Below, piece by piece: positions 47,082 to 57,703 of a stretch of DNA of 64,000 bases; the first letter of the stretch is position 1; every line of letters begins with the position of its first letter. Under the pieces are notes generated by a model that did no database searches, had not been told where the DNA came from, and was given only the letters and a program-made list of their open reading frames with translations. Location: the NCBI GenBank assembly GCA_963664875.1, contig OY761611.1:3520001-3584000 (forward strand), written 5' to 3'. The position numbers were made by a program, and so were the translations under genes. This DNA comes from Candidatus Kapaibacterium sp. (GTDB lineage: Bacteria; Bacteroidota; Ignavibacteria; Kapaibacteriales; UBA2268).

Positions 47082-49181
47082 TTAACGAACTACGTTAAGT
47101 GCTTTAGTAAATGTTTCGTTACCTACTGTCAAAGTAACATAGTAAGTACCTACAGGAAGCTCGCTTACATTAACAGGAGCAACTTTAGTACCTGGTTCTT
47201 TGATTTGTTCAGGTAATACAGTCATTACTTTGCTACCCAAAGCATTGAAGATTTCCATGCGAACATTTTCAGTACCTGTTGTAAATGAAATATTTACTTC
47301 ATTATTAGCAGGGTTAGGGAAGATATCCATTTCAACTGCAGCTTTTACTGCGTCAGAGTTATCTTCAACACCATCTGGAGGTAGGAAGCTATATGTACCA
47401 TAAATAGCAGATTTATACCAGCTCCATACCAAATCTCTCAAAGCAGGAGGGTAGTTATATCTGATATTTTCTTCGCTTGATGGAGTTGGAGTCAATGCGT
47501 AAAGCATAGGAACTCTGTACACAGAAGGAACTCTTGTCGGTAAATGAGAGTTGTTTTCGCATCTCAACGTGTCATCAGCGATTGCGGTAATTGCTTGCCA
47601 TTTACCATTTACTTTAGCTGAACCATAAACACCACGGTTTAAGATAGTATCAATTGGTTCGTTTGCAGGGTTTACTAATACTGGAGTTTCGAAGCCGATA
47701 AGGTGATTAGTGTATTGAACAAATTTTACAACAAGGTCTTTAGTACCAACAACTCTTGCTGCTTCGATTTCCATACCTTCAGATCTGAAAGAATTGTAAG
47801 TTAGTGTATCTCTTGGATCAGCTCTTGTACCTGCATTTTCTACAGCCCATTGGCTGTAAGAAGAGCGAACAGGAAGTTCTTTGTCAATGATTACAGGGTC
47901 GTTCCAAGTACCGTTTTCGTAACGCAATTCAGTTAGATACAATGAAAATTCTTCAGTTGTAGAACCGTCAGGATTAGTTACGCTTTCTTCAAGAGTAAGA
48001 AGAGGGAAGATAAAGGATACTTCATCGTTACCTGTAGAAACGAAACCAAATTTGTGGAACCAAGTAGTACCAATGATAGGAACATATTCTAATTCTTTGT
48101 TTTGACCATGTTCTTCAACGAATTTTTTGATTTTGTCTTTAGGATAAGCAATCCAATCAGACCAAGTATTACCATTGTCAGAAGATTTCATGAAAGCGAT
48201 AGATCTCCAAGTGCCTTCGTCTTGTCCTTCTTCCGGATGGTCAGGTCTTAGATAGTTGATAGTACCAACATAAACATTACCTTCACCGTCAACATCCATC
48301 ATGTTTTTACTAACACCAACAGATGCATTGTCACCCCAGAAAGTTAGAGGAGGATCGAAAGTATTTGTAAGCATTAAGTTTGCATCAAAATCTTCATCTT
48401 CAAAATTGATAGAAGCAAAGAATGCAGGTCCATATCTGTAGTCGTTTGTGTTTACAGGTTCAGCTCTACCTACCATGTAAGCATAAGCACCGTCTTCTCT
48501 TGTTTCACCAACCATTCTTGGGTGGCTAAACATATAACCTTTAGTATTGTTATTTTTTGAAGGATAAACAGTAGTAAAGTATTCAGAAGCTCTTCCTGTA
48601 CTCATTGGGAATGTAAAGTTAACCATCAAACCATTTTGATAGTAGTAAGTGTTGTCTGTTTCATTAAGAACGAAACCGCCAAATCCTGTTACGTATTCCA
48701 ATTCAGAAGGATCAGTAGAGCCTGTAGTATTCAATACTGTGAAAGAAGCTCTCAAAGGAAGCATAGTTGGATTTTTTGGAGAAAGTTCTCTCAAGTTCCA
48801 ATTGTCGCCCAAGTCTTGAGTAACATAAGCCAACAACTGACCTTCAAGTCCGCCTGCTTCTGCATTTTGGAAATAAGATTCCAAAACACTTACTGTTTGA
48901 GATACGGGTTCGTAAACAATAGGAGAGATAAAAAAGCCGTAAGTGTAGTCAGGCTCGTAGAAGAAAAGACGAGTTGTGTCTTTACCGTCAGAATGATTCA
49001 AATGCATAGCCTGCATTTCATTCTTTTCAGCAACTACGGATTTCATTTCTTCCATAGTAATGGAACTGTGAGCTTTCAAAGCATTAGTTGCCTGCAACTC
49101 TAATGTTTGCAATACTTCAGACTGAAGTACAAACGGAGAGATTGCTAAGAGAACAAGAAGTGATAGTAATTTTTTCATCAC
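47082..49181 (-). CDS. T9SS type A sorting-domain surface protein (BNR-like repeats)
   Basis: Signal peptide; TQDLGDNW and SSDNGNTW Asp-boxes; CTD IFPNPANN...IFNALG...LPVGTYYV. Confidence 0.85.
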   Translation of the reverse strand: MMKKLLSLLVLLAISPFVLQSEVLQTLELQATNALKAHSSITMEEMKSVVAEKNEMQAMHLNHSDGKDTTRLFFYEPDYTYGFFISPIVYEPVSQTVSVLESYFQNAEAGGLEGQLLAYVTQDLGDNWNLRELSPKNPTMLPLRASFTVLNTTGSTDPSELEYVTGFGGFVLNETDNTYYYQNGLMVNFTFPMSTGRASEYFTTVYPSKNNNTKGYMFSHPRMVGETREDGAYAYMVGRAEPVNTNDYRYGPAFFASINFEDEDFDANLMLTNTFDPPLTFWGDNASVGVSKNMMDVDGEGNVYVGTINYLRPDHPEEGQDEGTWRSIAFMKSSDNGNTWSDWIAYPKDKIKKFVEEHGQNKELEYVPIIGTTWFHKFGFVSTGNDEVSFIFPLLTLEESVTNPDGSTTEEFSLYLTELRYENGTWNDPVIIDKELPVRSSYSQWAVENAGTRADPRDTLTYNSFRSEGMEIEAARVVGTKDLVVKFVQYTNHLIGFETPVLVNPANEPIDTILNRGVYGSAKVNGKWQAITAIADDTLRCENNSHLPTRVPSVYRVPMLYALTPTPSSEENIRYNYPPALRDLVWSWYKSAIYGTYSFLPPDGVEDNSDAVKAAVEMDIFPNPANNEVNISFTTGTENVRMEIFNALGSKVMTVLPEQIKEPGTKVAPVNVSELPVGTYYVTLTVGNETFTKALNVVR

Positions 49182-49594
49182 TGTGCTCCACGAATAGTAT
49201 TTAACATAATATTAACAGTTATCTATTATCTTGCATTATAGTCTATTTGGCAAAGTTACAAGCTATTGGTAGTTATTACAAACTTTTTTTTTCCAAAAGC
49301 AATATTTTTTTGAACTTTTGCTTAACTCAAACGTTTTATAATGCTATACTCTTAAAACACTTCAGCGTAGTAATTGGTTACAACTTTTTTTTAGTTGACC
49401 AAAATATTTTTAGCTGTAAATATATTAGCAAATATTCAAATATCCAAATCTTATTATTACATTTCTGATATAGTTGCTCCTTGCTCGAAATATATTTGAT
49501 AATAGAATCAAAATCGAATATCTTTGCATAACAATTTTAAAATAGGTTCGTTTTTATCCTATTATTGTTTACTCAATTATACTAAGGATATGTC

Positions 49595-50683
49595 ATGAGT
49601 CTTAATCAAGCTCAAATAAAAGAAGTAATTGGTCAAATAAAAGATCCTGATTTGGGAATTTCGTTTGCCGAGCTTAATGCTATCAATAATATTGTTATCG
49701 AAGCTAATACTGTCAAATTGTATTTAGAGCTAATCCAGCCTGTACATTTTGTTGCCGCCGATATAAATAAATTGTGTTTGGATGCTCTCAGCAGCGTCGC
49801 TCCGGACGCTACATTAGAAGTATATGTAGGCGAAAAAGGTATCGATACTGACAGAAAAATACTCCCGGGAGTCAAAAACATCATAGCTGTTGCTTCCGGC
49901 AAAGGCGGAGTTGGCAAATCTTCCGTTTCATCAAATCTTGCAGCAGCGCTTTCGCTTTCAGGTGCAAAAGTTGGTATATTAGATGGCGACGTTTACGGAC
50001 CAAGCCAACCAACTATGTATGGCTTGAACGGCAGACAGCTCGAAGCTGTGCAGCTGCCAGACGGAACTACAAAAGCTTACCCGTCTGAACAGTTTGGAGT
50101 GAAGGTAGCTTCTATGGGGTTTGTGATGAATCGAAATGAAGCTGCAATAGTTAGAGGTCCTCTTTTGGCAGGATATTTTTCTATGTTGTTCGAGCAGGTA
50201 GAGTGGGGCGAATTAGACTATCTTATCTTCGACTTGCCTCCGGGAACAGGCGATATTCAGCTCACACTTACACAAAAAATCCCTCTTACAGGTGCAGTAA
50301 TAGTAACAACACCACAGGAAATTGCTTTGGCTGACGTAAGAAGAAGCATTACCATGTTCCGCAAAGTAGATGTGGATATTCTTGGTATTGTCGAAAATAT
50401 GAGTTATTTTATTCCTCCTGATATGCCAGACAAAAAGTACTATATTTTTGGCGAAGGTGGTGGCAAATCTGTTGCAGAAGAAACAAACAGCGAGCTACTC
50501 GGTCAGATACCATTAAATATCGGTATGCGCGAAGGAAACGACGGCGGTATGCCTTATGTACTTTCCGAAGATGCAGGTAAGCAGGGAGAAATAATCAAAG
50601 ACATTACTCGTAATCTTATAAGCAAAGTAAGGATACGTAATAATGCTAAATTGAAAAATCCGGGATTAAAAATCAGCATATAA
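49595..50683 (+). CDS. apbC: Mrp/ApbC Fe-S cluster carrier ATPase
   Basis: VASGKGGVGKS, DGDVYGPS, WGELDYLIFDLPPGTGD, VTTPQ, GIVENMS. Confidence 0.93.
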   Translation: MSLNQAQIKEVIGQIKDPDLGISFAELNAINNIVIEANTVKLYLELIQPVHFVAADINKLCLDALSSVAPDATLEVYVGEKGIDTDRKILPGVKNIIAVASGKGGVGKSSVSSNLAAALSLSGAKVGILDGDVYGPSQPTMYGLNGRQLEAVQLPDGTTKAYPSEQFGVKVASMGFVMNRNEAAIVRGPLLAGYFSMLFEQVEWGELDYLIFDLPPGTGDIQLTLTQKIPLTGAVIVTTPQEIALADVRRSITMFRKVDVDILGIVENMSYFIPPDMPDKKYYIFGEGGGKSVAEETNSELLGQIPLNIGMREGNDGGMPYVLSEDAGKQGEIIKDITRNLISKVRIRNNAKLKNPGLKISI

Positions 50684-50687
50684 TTCT

Positions 50688-50921
50688 ATGGAATCTATCA
50701 GAGAAAAAGTAGAAAGAATTCTTATCGACATTCGCCCTTATCTGCAGGAAGATGGGGGCGATGTCGAATTTGTAAATTTTGAAGAAGATAACGGCACTCT
50801 TGTACTCAGACTTTTAGGTTCGTGTGCTAAATGCCCCTTGCACATGATGACACTGAGAGCAGGCATCGAACGTTTGATACTTCATGCAATACCTGAAGTC
50901 AGAAGAGTAGAAAAATGTTGA
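50688..50921 (+). CDS. NifU C-terminal/Nfu-type Fe-S carrier
   Basis: IRPYLQEDGGDVE...LLGSCAKCP...TLRAGIE. Confidence 0.92.
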   Translation: MESIREKVERILIDIRPYLQEDGGDVEFVNFEEDNGTLVLRLLGSCAKCPLHMMTLRAGIERLILHAIPEVRRVEKC

Positions 50922-51027
50922 TAATAATTAATTTGGCAAGCTAATTCTTTTGCTTTATATTGCATTCCTCTTTTGAGAGAAGAAAGAAACATCTAATGTT
51001 CTTTAAATAAAAAAAGAAAAAAAGTAC

Positions 51028-51058
51028 TTGACTTAAATTCAAAATTTTATTAAGTTTG
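51028..51058 (+). promoter_or_regulatory. Promoter of the tRNA pair
   Basis: TTGACT at 51028 and TAAGTTTG (TAnnTTTG) at 51051-51058, ~20 bp before tRNA-Val. Confidence 0.6.
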
Positions 51059-51078
51059 TGTACGATTAAAATATGCAA

Positions 51079-51153
51079 GGGCGAGTAGCTCAGTTGGTCT
51101 AGAGCACCTGCCTTACAAGCAGGGGGTCGGGAGTTCGACTCTCTCCTCGCCCA
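51079..51153 (+). tRNA. tRNA-Val (TAC)
   Basis: Acceptor stem GGGCGAG/CTCGCCC; D arm GCTC...GAGC; anticodon loop CTTACAA; GTTCGA T loop. Confidence 0.96.
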
Positions 51154-51160
51154 CAGCCTT

Positions 51161-51245
51161 GCAGAAGTGGCGGAACTGGTAGACGCGCTGGACTCAAAAT
51201 CCAGTGGCCTTTAAAGCCGTGAGGGTTCGAGTCCCTCCTTCTGTA
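51161..51245 (+). tRNA. tRNA-Leu (CAA)
   Basis: Acceptor stem GCAGAAG/CTTCTGT; anticodon arm CTGGA-CTCAAAA-TCCAG; long variable arm; GGTTCGAG. Confidence 0.96.
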
Positions 51246-51250
51246 CTCGA

Positions 51251-51295
51251 AAAAAGCCTTAATGCTTGATAAATAATAGCGTTAAGGCTTTTTTG
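51251..51295 (+). terminator. Terminator after the tRNAs
   Basis: AAAAAAGCCTTAATGCT...AGCGTTAAGGCTTTTTT. Confidence 0.75.
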
Positions 51296-51462
51296 CGTTT
51301 GTATCAAATATTGTCTTACATCCTTGTCTCTTTCTATCAAATTGCCATCATCTATTTTTAGATTGACACAAAAAAAAACTACTCTGATCTAAATCATTGT
51401 AGTTTTTTTGAGTCAACTAATATAGGAGAGAATTAGTTTTGATTTTGGTAAATTTTGTTTGA

Positions 51463-52182
51463 TTAGCCAATTTTTAACGGCTCTATTGTTTTTAATAAGT
51501 TTTCTCTGAAAGTTCTTCCAATAGGGAACTCTTCTCCGGCTGCTTTTAATACGTTGCCATCTATAGATTCTATTTTTGAAACAGGAACTATGTAGGACTT
51601 ATGTATTCTAATAAAACCAATCGGTTCTAAAACTTCTTCGATGTACTTCATGCTTTCATGCACAACATAATTCTCCTTGTCAGTGTAAAACACAACAAAG
51701 TCATTATGAGCAACAATCATATTAATATCATGCAGATTTACTTTTAAAGTTTTGCCGCCTGTAGTGATAAATATGAAATCAGAATGGAACTCTTCGTAAG
51801 GGTTACTTACTATGCCTTTCTGCTTAGAAATTATGTCGTAAGCTTTGTTGCAGGCAAGCAAAAAGCGAGAAAACGGCAATGGCTTCATAATATAATCTAT
51901 TGCACTATACTCGTAGCTTGTAATAGCATAATCTTCGTAAGCTGTAACAAAAATTACATTTTGCTGTTTTGGTAGCGATTTTAATAGCTCAATCCCATCA
52001 AGGTTTGGCATCTGTACATCTAAAAATATAAGATCTACTTTCTCATTTTTAAGATATGCCGCAGCTTCCAAAGGGTCATTGAATTTTGCTGCAAAATTGA
52101 TAAACTCAATTTTACTACAAAAATCCTCTAAGGTATCTAAAGATAGCTGCTCATCATCAATAGCAATAGTCTTTAATTTCAT
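51463..52182 (-). CDS. LytTR-family response regulator
   Basis: REC (IDDE, FLDVQMP, TAY, KP) plus LytTR (FIRIHKSYIV). Confidence 0.93.
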   Translation of the reverse strand: MKLKTIAIDDEQLSLDTLEDFCSKIEFINFAAKFNDPLEAAAYLKNEKVDLIFLDVQMPNLDGIELLKSLPKQQNVIFVTAYEDYAITSYEYSAIDYIMKPLPFSRFLLACNKAYDIISKQKGIVSNPYEEFHSDFIFITTGGKTLKVNLHDINMIVAHNDFVVFYTDKENYVVHESMKYIEEVLEPIGFIRIHKSYIVPVSKIESIDGNVLKAAGEEFPIGRTFRENLLKTIEPLKIG

Positions 52183-52534
52183 CCCAAAATCCTTCGTGTG
52201 TATGTTAATTATAACAGAAACCCATTAGTATTAAATATAATTCCGAAAGAACTTAATAAATATTTTGTTAATATGCAAAACTATTTTCCTTTCTGCTACT
52301 AATATAAAAAGAAATATGTCGTTCACCTATAAAAAAATGCAGTTAACATGATTTATTATGCAACTTAACGTGGATTTTGCAAAATATTTGCTTTTAAAAG
52401 TCTTTGGTAAAATATGAGTAATAATTATTATTATAATTTGAGATACAAACATATTTACTGAACTACATGCGATTTTATAACCATAATAAACAAGTTATTA
52501 TGTGGTAAATGAAGGTGAGTCAAACTAAGCTTTG

Positions 52535-53962
52535 CTAACCCAAATGGTCAGACTCTTTGAAACGATTAGCATCTTCTTGTATGTTATTTTGATTAAACTG
52601 AGCAAAAGGCACTTTGATATAGGCTGAGGTGCCTTGTTTTTCTTGAGAGTCTAATCTGACAGTTGCTCCAAGCATATCGGCACATCTTTTAATAATAGCT
52701 AACCCCAAGCCCATTCCCATAATCATAGGATCTGAACTAAAGTGATAATAAATATCGAAAATATTTTCAAGTTGCTCCGAAGGAATTCCATATCCTGTGT
52801 CAATGACATAAATCTCTGCTTCGTTTTTTGAAAGAAAGCAACTGATATTGACTTCTGTATCTCTGCGTGAAAACTTAGCAGCATTGCTTGCAAAATTTAA
52901 TAGTATCTTTTTTAACAAGATTCTGTCTGACTGTATGATATCTTTCTCAGCATCTATATTTATTCGGAATATTCTGTTTAGAGATTCAATCCTATTAATC
53001 TCATCCGCCACTTCCTGCAATAAATCCTGCAAAGAAAATGCACTGATTTCCGGTAGTATCTTTCCGGAATCATATTTGATGATGAATTGTGCTCTCTCAA
53101 TATTGTATGAAATATTTTCGGTAGATCTTAAAAGCAAATCTTTTTCTTTACTGATATCCAGGCCTACAGTTTTTGCCTTGTATTCAAGTATGTGGATATT
53201 ATTTTGAATAGTTGCCAAAGGTGTCCTGAAAACGTGGGCTATTACATTAGTAAATCTTCCTTTCGCATCGTTAAGTATTTTTTCTCTCTGGAATGCTTTT
53301 TTTACTTTCTGTTTTTCCGCTTCGAGTCTTTTTTTAGTCAGGAAATCTATGCGTTTATAGTATTCTAATGTATAGCGACCTGCCATGAGAGTAAAGCCAA
53401 GAGAAGAAAATAAAATAGCCTGCTTAGCAAAATATTCTGCAGGTACTGACACCTTTTGCGATAAGACAGCAAAGTAGATAATCGAAATAATCAAAAAATT
53501 GAGAAGGGTCATCAAAAATCGGGTATCTACAAGTATAAACGAAAAAATGAGTGTCAAAACTAAACCATAAGTATAGCTGTCCGCTATGGCAAACGAGGTC
53601 CTATGGACGATAAATGATATACCCGAAGCACAAAGCAACACTACAGCAGAGGCAAACCATGAATAATTCTTTCTCCCGAAAGCACTTGTTGAAAAAATCC
53701 AAATCAGTAGCATAAGGGGAGTAAATACCCCCAAACGCGCTATCAAGATTTCTTCTAAATAATAGGGTTGTAAGCTATAGTCATAAAAAGCAAACGAAGC
53801 AAAAAACAATATTCCAATAATTAGTATCACTCTTTGCGATAAATAGTGTCGTTCCTCATTAAACTGTCGATACTCGGCTTCTAAATCATTTTCTCTAAAT
53901 AGCAGACGAAAATAATCTAATAAGGGTTCGTTTACTTTGTTGAATTTTAGCATATCATTCAA
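52535..53962 (-). CDS. Multi-TM sensor histidine kinase
   Basis: About six TM helices; AHVFRTPL H-box; SNAAKFS; DTGYGI; GMGLGL. Confidence 0.88.
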   Translation of the reverse strand: MNDMLKFNKVNEPLLDYFRLLFRENDLEAEYRQFNEERHYLSQRVILIIGILFFASFAFYDYSLQPYYLEEILIARLGVFTPLMLLIWIFSTSAFGRKNYSWFASAVVLLCASGISFIVHRTSFAIADSYTYGLVLTLIFSFILVDTRFLMTLLNFLIISIIYFAVLSQKVSVPAEYFAKQAILFSSLGFTLMAGRYTLEYYKRIDFLTKKRLEAEKQKVKKAFQREKILNDAKGRFTNVIAHVFRTPLATIQNNIHILEYKAKTVGLDISKEKDLLLRSTENISYNIERAQFIIKYDSGKILPEISAFSLQDLLQEVADEINRIESLNRIFRINIDAEKDIIQSDRILLKKILLNFASNAAKFSRRDTEVNISCFLSKNEAEIYVIDTGYGIPSEQLENIFDIYYHFSSDPMIMGMGLGLAIIKRCADMLGATVRLDSQEKQGTSAYIKVPFAQFNQNNIQEDANRFKESDHLG

Positions 53963-55223
53963 ATTTTGGTAGTGTGAAATAAAACTCTGAACCTTTGCCT
54001 TCTTCTGAGTTTACTCCTATGATGCCACCATGCAAAGAGACAAACTCCTGACATAATATCAAGCCAAGCCCCGTACCTTTTTCATTATTTGTGCCCACAG
54101 AAGTTATGTGTTCGTCTATTTTGAATAGTTTGTTCTTTGTCGCTTCGTCCATACCCACACCATTATCAATGATTTTAAATCTGATAAAATCATTCTCATC
54201 TTCGGAGCTTACAATTATCAGACCTCCCTCAGGAGTAAACTTTATAGCATTTGAGACTATATTCCTGACTAAAGTAGAATACATCATGTAATCAGCTTTT
54301 ATCTCAATATTAGAATCAATATCATTTCTCAATGTAATATTTTTATTGGCTGCTTGTGCTGCGAGTAACTGAATAGTTTCTTCTGCTAATTCCATTGCAG
54401 GAATTTGCATTGGTGTGTATTTTATCGCTTTTCTTTGAACCCTAGACCATTCCAGAAGATTTTCGAGCAGGTCATAGACGTGTTTCGAGTTATTAAGTAA
54501 AAGCCCAAGTATTTCATGTTTTTCATCGTCGTCCATTGTGTATCTTTCGTCTTGAATCATTTGTAGCAAACCGCTCAGACTTGCCAATGGACTTTTCAAA
54601 TCGTGTGCAATAATAGAAAAAAACTTGTCTTTTTCCTTATTTGATTTTTCCAGTTCTTCGTTAGCTATTTTTATTTGCTCTTGCGACTCTGCTAATTCAC
54701 CGAGTACTTTATTCATTTGGAAAGCATTTTCTTCTACGCTTTTTTGTGCTTCGTAGAGATCACTGGTGTATCTGATAAGCTCGTCGCTCATTTCCTGCAA
54801 TTCTTCTTTCTGCATACTGATATACTGATTTGCTAAGGAGAGATTGAGCAGGTTTTTGATGCGTACATTTAACTCTCTGATGCTGAATGGCTTAGTTATA
54901 TAATCAGATGCTCCCAACTCAAGCCCGTGAATTACATTTTCGACATCGCTTTTGGCTGTTAGAAATATAATTGGGATACTCTTTGTTTCTTCGTGCGACT
55001 GCAAAATGCTACAAACTTCAAATCCATCCATATCAGGCATCATTACATCAAGCAAAATCAAATCCGGAAGAATTTTTTCCATGATTTTGAAAGCTTTTTC
55101 TCCGCTGTTGGCTATCAGCAATTTATATTTTTCCTTTAGCACATTGGCTAAAAGCTGTATGTTCTGAGGCTGATCATCTACAATCAAAATTGTAGGTTTA
55201 TCGTGATATTCTAATTCTATCAT
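53955..55223 (-). CDS. Hybrid REC-histidine kinase
   Basis: N-terminal REC (VDD, LDVMMP, TA, KP); coiled coil; AHDLKSPL, SNAIKFT, DNGVGM, GTGLGL. Confidence 0.92.
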   Translation of the reverse strand: MIELEYHDKPTILIVDDQPQNIQLLANVLKEKYKLLIANSGEKAFKIMEKILPDLILLDVMMPDMDGFEVCSILQSHEETKSIPIIFLTAKSDVENVIHGLELGASDYITKPFSIRELNVRIKNLLNLSLANQYISMQKEELQEMSDELIRYTSDLYEAQKSVEENAFQMNKVLGELAESQEQIKIANEELEKSNKEKDKFFSIIAHDLKSPLASLSGLLQMIQDERYTMDDDEKHEILGLLLNNSKHVYDLLENLLEWSRVQRKAIKYTPMQIPAMELAEETIQLLAAQAANKNITLRNDIDSNIEIKADYMMYSTLVRNIVSNAIKFTPEGGLIIVSSEDENDFIRFKIIDNGVGMDEATKNKLFKIDEHITSVGTNNEKGTGLGLILCQEFVSLHGGIIGVNSEEGKGSEFYFTLPKFE

Positions 55224-55340
55224 CCCAATAGCTGCACTTATTGTTAGAATTCGACTGATAGTTATTACTAATCATATAATATAAAGACTTGCTAATGGCT
55301 TAATTATTTATTAGGATTGAGAAATAATATAATAAAAAAA

Positions 55341-55366
55341 AGGATACAGATTTTACACCTGTATCC
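55341..55366 (-). terminator. Terminator after 55398-56546
   Basis: AGGATACAG...CTGTATCCT with an A run on the left. Confidence 0.65.
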
Positions 55367-55397
55367 TCACTAAATCATAGAGTAGTATAGATTAGAT

Positions 55398-56546
55398 TTA
55401 TTTGAAAATATAATTGAATTCAAGCTCTAATCTGTTTCGGGTGAGTTGATTTACATCTCCCTTATCGTTTATTTGATATCTGATACGCGGCGTAATATCG
55501 AAGCTACCCATGTCAGATGAATAGACTATCCATGTATATCCAGCCCAGATATATGTAAATTTATTATCAACTTCACTTCCATCGATGAGCTTATCAGTTC
55601 TGTTAGCATAATCTAACCAGGCTACTATCTTGCCGGGACCTACTTTTTTAGTAGTTTTCAGTCTCATAAATGTGGCTTGGTACTCAGTCGGAGTGTAGCC
55701 ATATTGTTGAGTTGCCGAAAGCTCTTTGGATTCTACGGATTGTTTGGAATAACCTCCGAACAAATCAAGAGTAAAGCCGGCAAGGTCTTTATGTCCAACG
55801 CTAAGTCCAAAAGTAGCTGGAGCAACTAATGAGTCATCTGCCAAAGTGTAAAGACCTTCGATACCAAAATATAATTTGTCGATATTGTGTTTGTAGCCCA
55901 AAGAAAAAGAATATTGATCGGTAAGATTTCTTTTTTCGTTGCCGTCTGCATATTTTTCTAAAATTCCTTTGTTATCGTCAACCATCACGGCAAGATTGAA
56001 CTGTCCGTCTCCAACTTTCAAGTAAGCATTACCACCATAGTATCCATCTGTATTGAAAATATAATATGGAATATCTACCATTTGTTTTGGATAAAAGTGC
56101 AAATCATAAATTGGATTACCCACCGCTCCGGCACGGTTTAAGCCAACGAGAAACCCGGAATAATTACCCTGAAAGCCAAAATTTAGTTCCATAAAGTCAA
56201 CAGATGATCTTTTAGCAGCGTCGTTCCCGGTCTGGTTAGGCGATAAATTACCCAAGACATCAGGATAGTCACCTTGAGAAAAATTTCCATTGTATTCGCC
56301 GATACCGTTATGACCGAACATTGTATTCATAATCCAGCCATTGCCGATGCTAATCTGTGCTTTAAGCCTGGCTCTGTACATATAGTAGAAATCTTGTGTT
56401 TTGGTTCCGTCGGGCTTGTCTGTTGCGTCTCTGGTATCCCAGCGAGGTCGAACTCTTGCATCTCCGCTGATTTTAATATCAGCTGCGAAAGACGGCAAAG
56501 CCATCGCTGCCAATACGATAAGTAAAAGAATTTTTTTCATACCCAT
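55398..56546 (-). CDS. Outer-membrane porin-like beta-barrel
   Basis: Signal peptide; ISGDARVRPR...YRARL first strands; C-terminal LELEFNYIFK. Confidence 0.72.
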   Translation of the reverse strand: MGMKKILLLIVLAAMALPSFAADIKISGDARVRPRWDTRDATDKPDGTKTQDFYYMYRARLKAQISIGNGWIMNTMFGHNGIGEYNGNFSQGDYPDVLGNLSPNQTGNDAAKRSSVDFMELNFGFQGNYSGFLVGLNRAGAVGNPIYDLHFYPKQMVDIPYYIFNTDGYYGGNAYLKVGDGQFNLAVMVDDNKGILEKYADGNEKRNLTDQYSFSLGYKHNIDKLYFGIEGLYTLADDSLVAPATFGLSVGHKDLAGFTLDLFGGYSKQSVESKELSATQQYGYTPTEYQATFMRLKTTKKVGPGKIVAWLDYANRTDKLIDGSEVDNKFTYIWAGYTWIVYSSDMGSFDITPRIRYQINDKGDVNQLTRNRLELEFNYIFK

Positions 56547-56731
56547 TTCTCCATTACTCTAATAAAACATATTACTTGTTAATACTTCTCTTTTATTTAT
56601 AGACTTAGAATATGCACATATATTTCTGATGCAGTATGCTCTGTATATTAGCCGATATATTGTGGCTTTTAGAGATACTGCGTCTTGTAAGCCAAACAAA
56701 AAGCAAGCCAAAAATGAAGAAGGGTTCGATT

Positions 56732-57262
56732 ATGTTCAAAAATGAGATTACTGCACTTAAAAACAGCTACAAAGGGGAGCAATATGATATTGCTTTTACA
56801 CTGTTAGAAGAAGCCTATTCTGCTTATGCAAAAGGTAACTTTGGGATTGCATCTTTGATATTTAAAAATGACAACATCATAGCTTATGGCCAAAACAGAA
56901 TGGTCTTTCCTACTTTTGCAAGCGGAATGCATGCAGAAATGGATGCTATCAATACTTTAGAAAACGACTATTCGAAGCTTGAAAATCTATCAGGGATTAC
57001 TCTTTATAGCTCTTTGGAGCCATGTCCTATGTGTCTGACTAGAATTATCAACAGCGGTATTGCAAACGTTTATTATTTAGCGACGGATAAATTAGGGGGA
57101 GGAGTGAGCTATTTAGATGCAATGCCTCCGATATGGAAAGAGCTTTCTGCTAAGGTGAAATTCCGAAAAATGCAATTGCCGGCAGAGTTTGAGAATTTAG
57201 CTGTCAAGTTAGCCTTTGCAAATGCAGAGAAGATACACCAAATAATCATAAGCAGACAGTAA
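56732..57262 (+). CDS. Cytidine/nucleoside deaminase family protein (TadA/guanine deaminase-like)
   Basis: HAE and SLEPCPMC Zn motifs; probable start at 56732 (or 56714). Confidence 0.85.
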   Translation: MFKNEITALKNSYKGEQYDIAFTLLEEAYSAYAKGNFGIASLIFKNDNIIAYGQNRMVFPTFASGMHAEMDAINTLENDYSKLENLSGITLYSSLEPCPMCLTRIINSGIANVYYLATDKLGGGVSYLDAMPPIWKELSAKVKFRKMQLPAEFENLAVKLAFANAEKIHQIIISRQ

Positions 57263-57688
57263 CTATCTGCCGAGAATATGTATAACGTGTTTCACTACTC
57301 CCTGAATTGCAAAATCATAAAAGCTCATAATTTCAAGGGGTAAGAATTTTTTATTGGCTGAGAATAAATATACTTTCCCGTCAATTACTTTGTAAGTCTT
57401 TACCAAAAGTTCGCCATTGACAGAGGCAATGACTACTTTCCCGGATTTTGGTAACTCAGTCGAATCGACCACAAGTATATCTCCGTCGAATATATTTTCG
57501 TCAATCATGCTCTCGCCATTCACTTTGACAAGGTACATACCCTCAGGTTTGGTTTTCAAAAGTTCGTTCAGATTGTACATCTTTTGACTGTTGGTATGAG
57601 TCAGTTTGCCAATCGGTACAGAAGCATTAAACAAAGGAGCTTCGTAATCTACTTTGCTTCGGACCGTACTTATCTTCTTAGCCTTCAT
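57263..57688 (-). CDS. umuD: UmuD/LexA-like S24 peptidase with intact catalytic Ser/Lys and an atypical cleavage site
   Basis: VKVNGESMID (Ser) and GELLVKT (Lys); the cleavage-site region reads VPIGK instead of V-x-[AC]-G-[FL]-P. Confidence 0.8.
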   Translation of the reverse strand: MKAKKISTVRSKVDYEAPLFNASVPIGKLTHTNSQKMYNLNELLKTKPEGMYLVKVNGESMIDENIFDGDILVVDSTELPKSGKVVIASVNGELLVKTYKVIDGKVYLFSANKKFLPLEIMSFYDFAIQGVVKHVIHILGR

Positions 57689-57703
57689 TACGCTCGCATC
57701 AGA

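Noticed and set aside
51079-51245. tRNA-Val/Leu as the island integration site
   Set aside because: They lie 26 kb from the element, and no duplicated tRNA 3' end was seen at either boundary.
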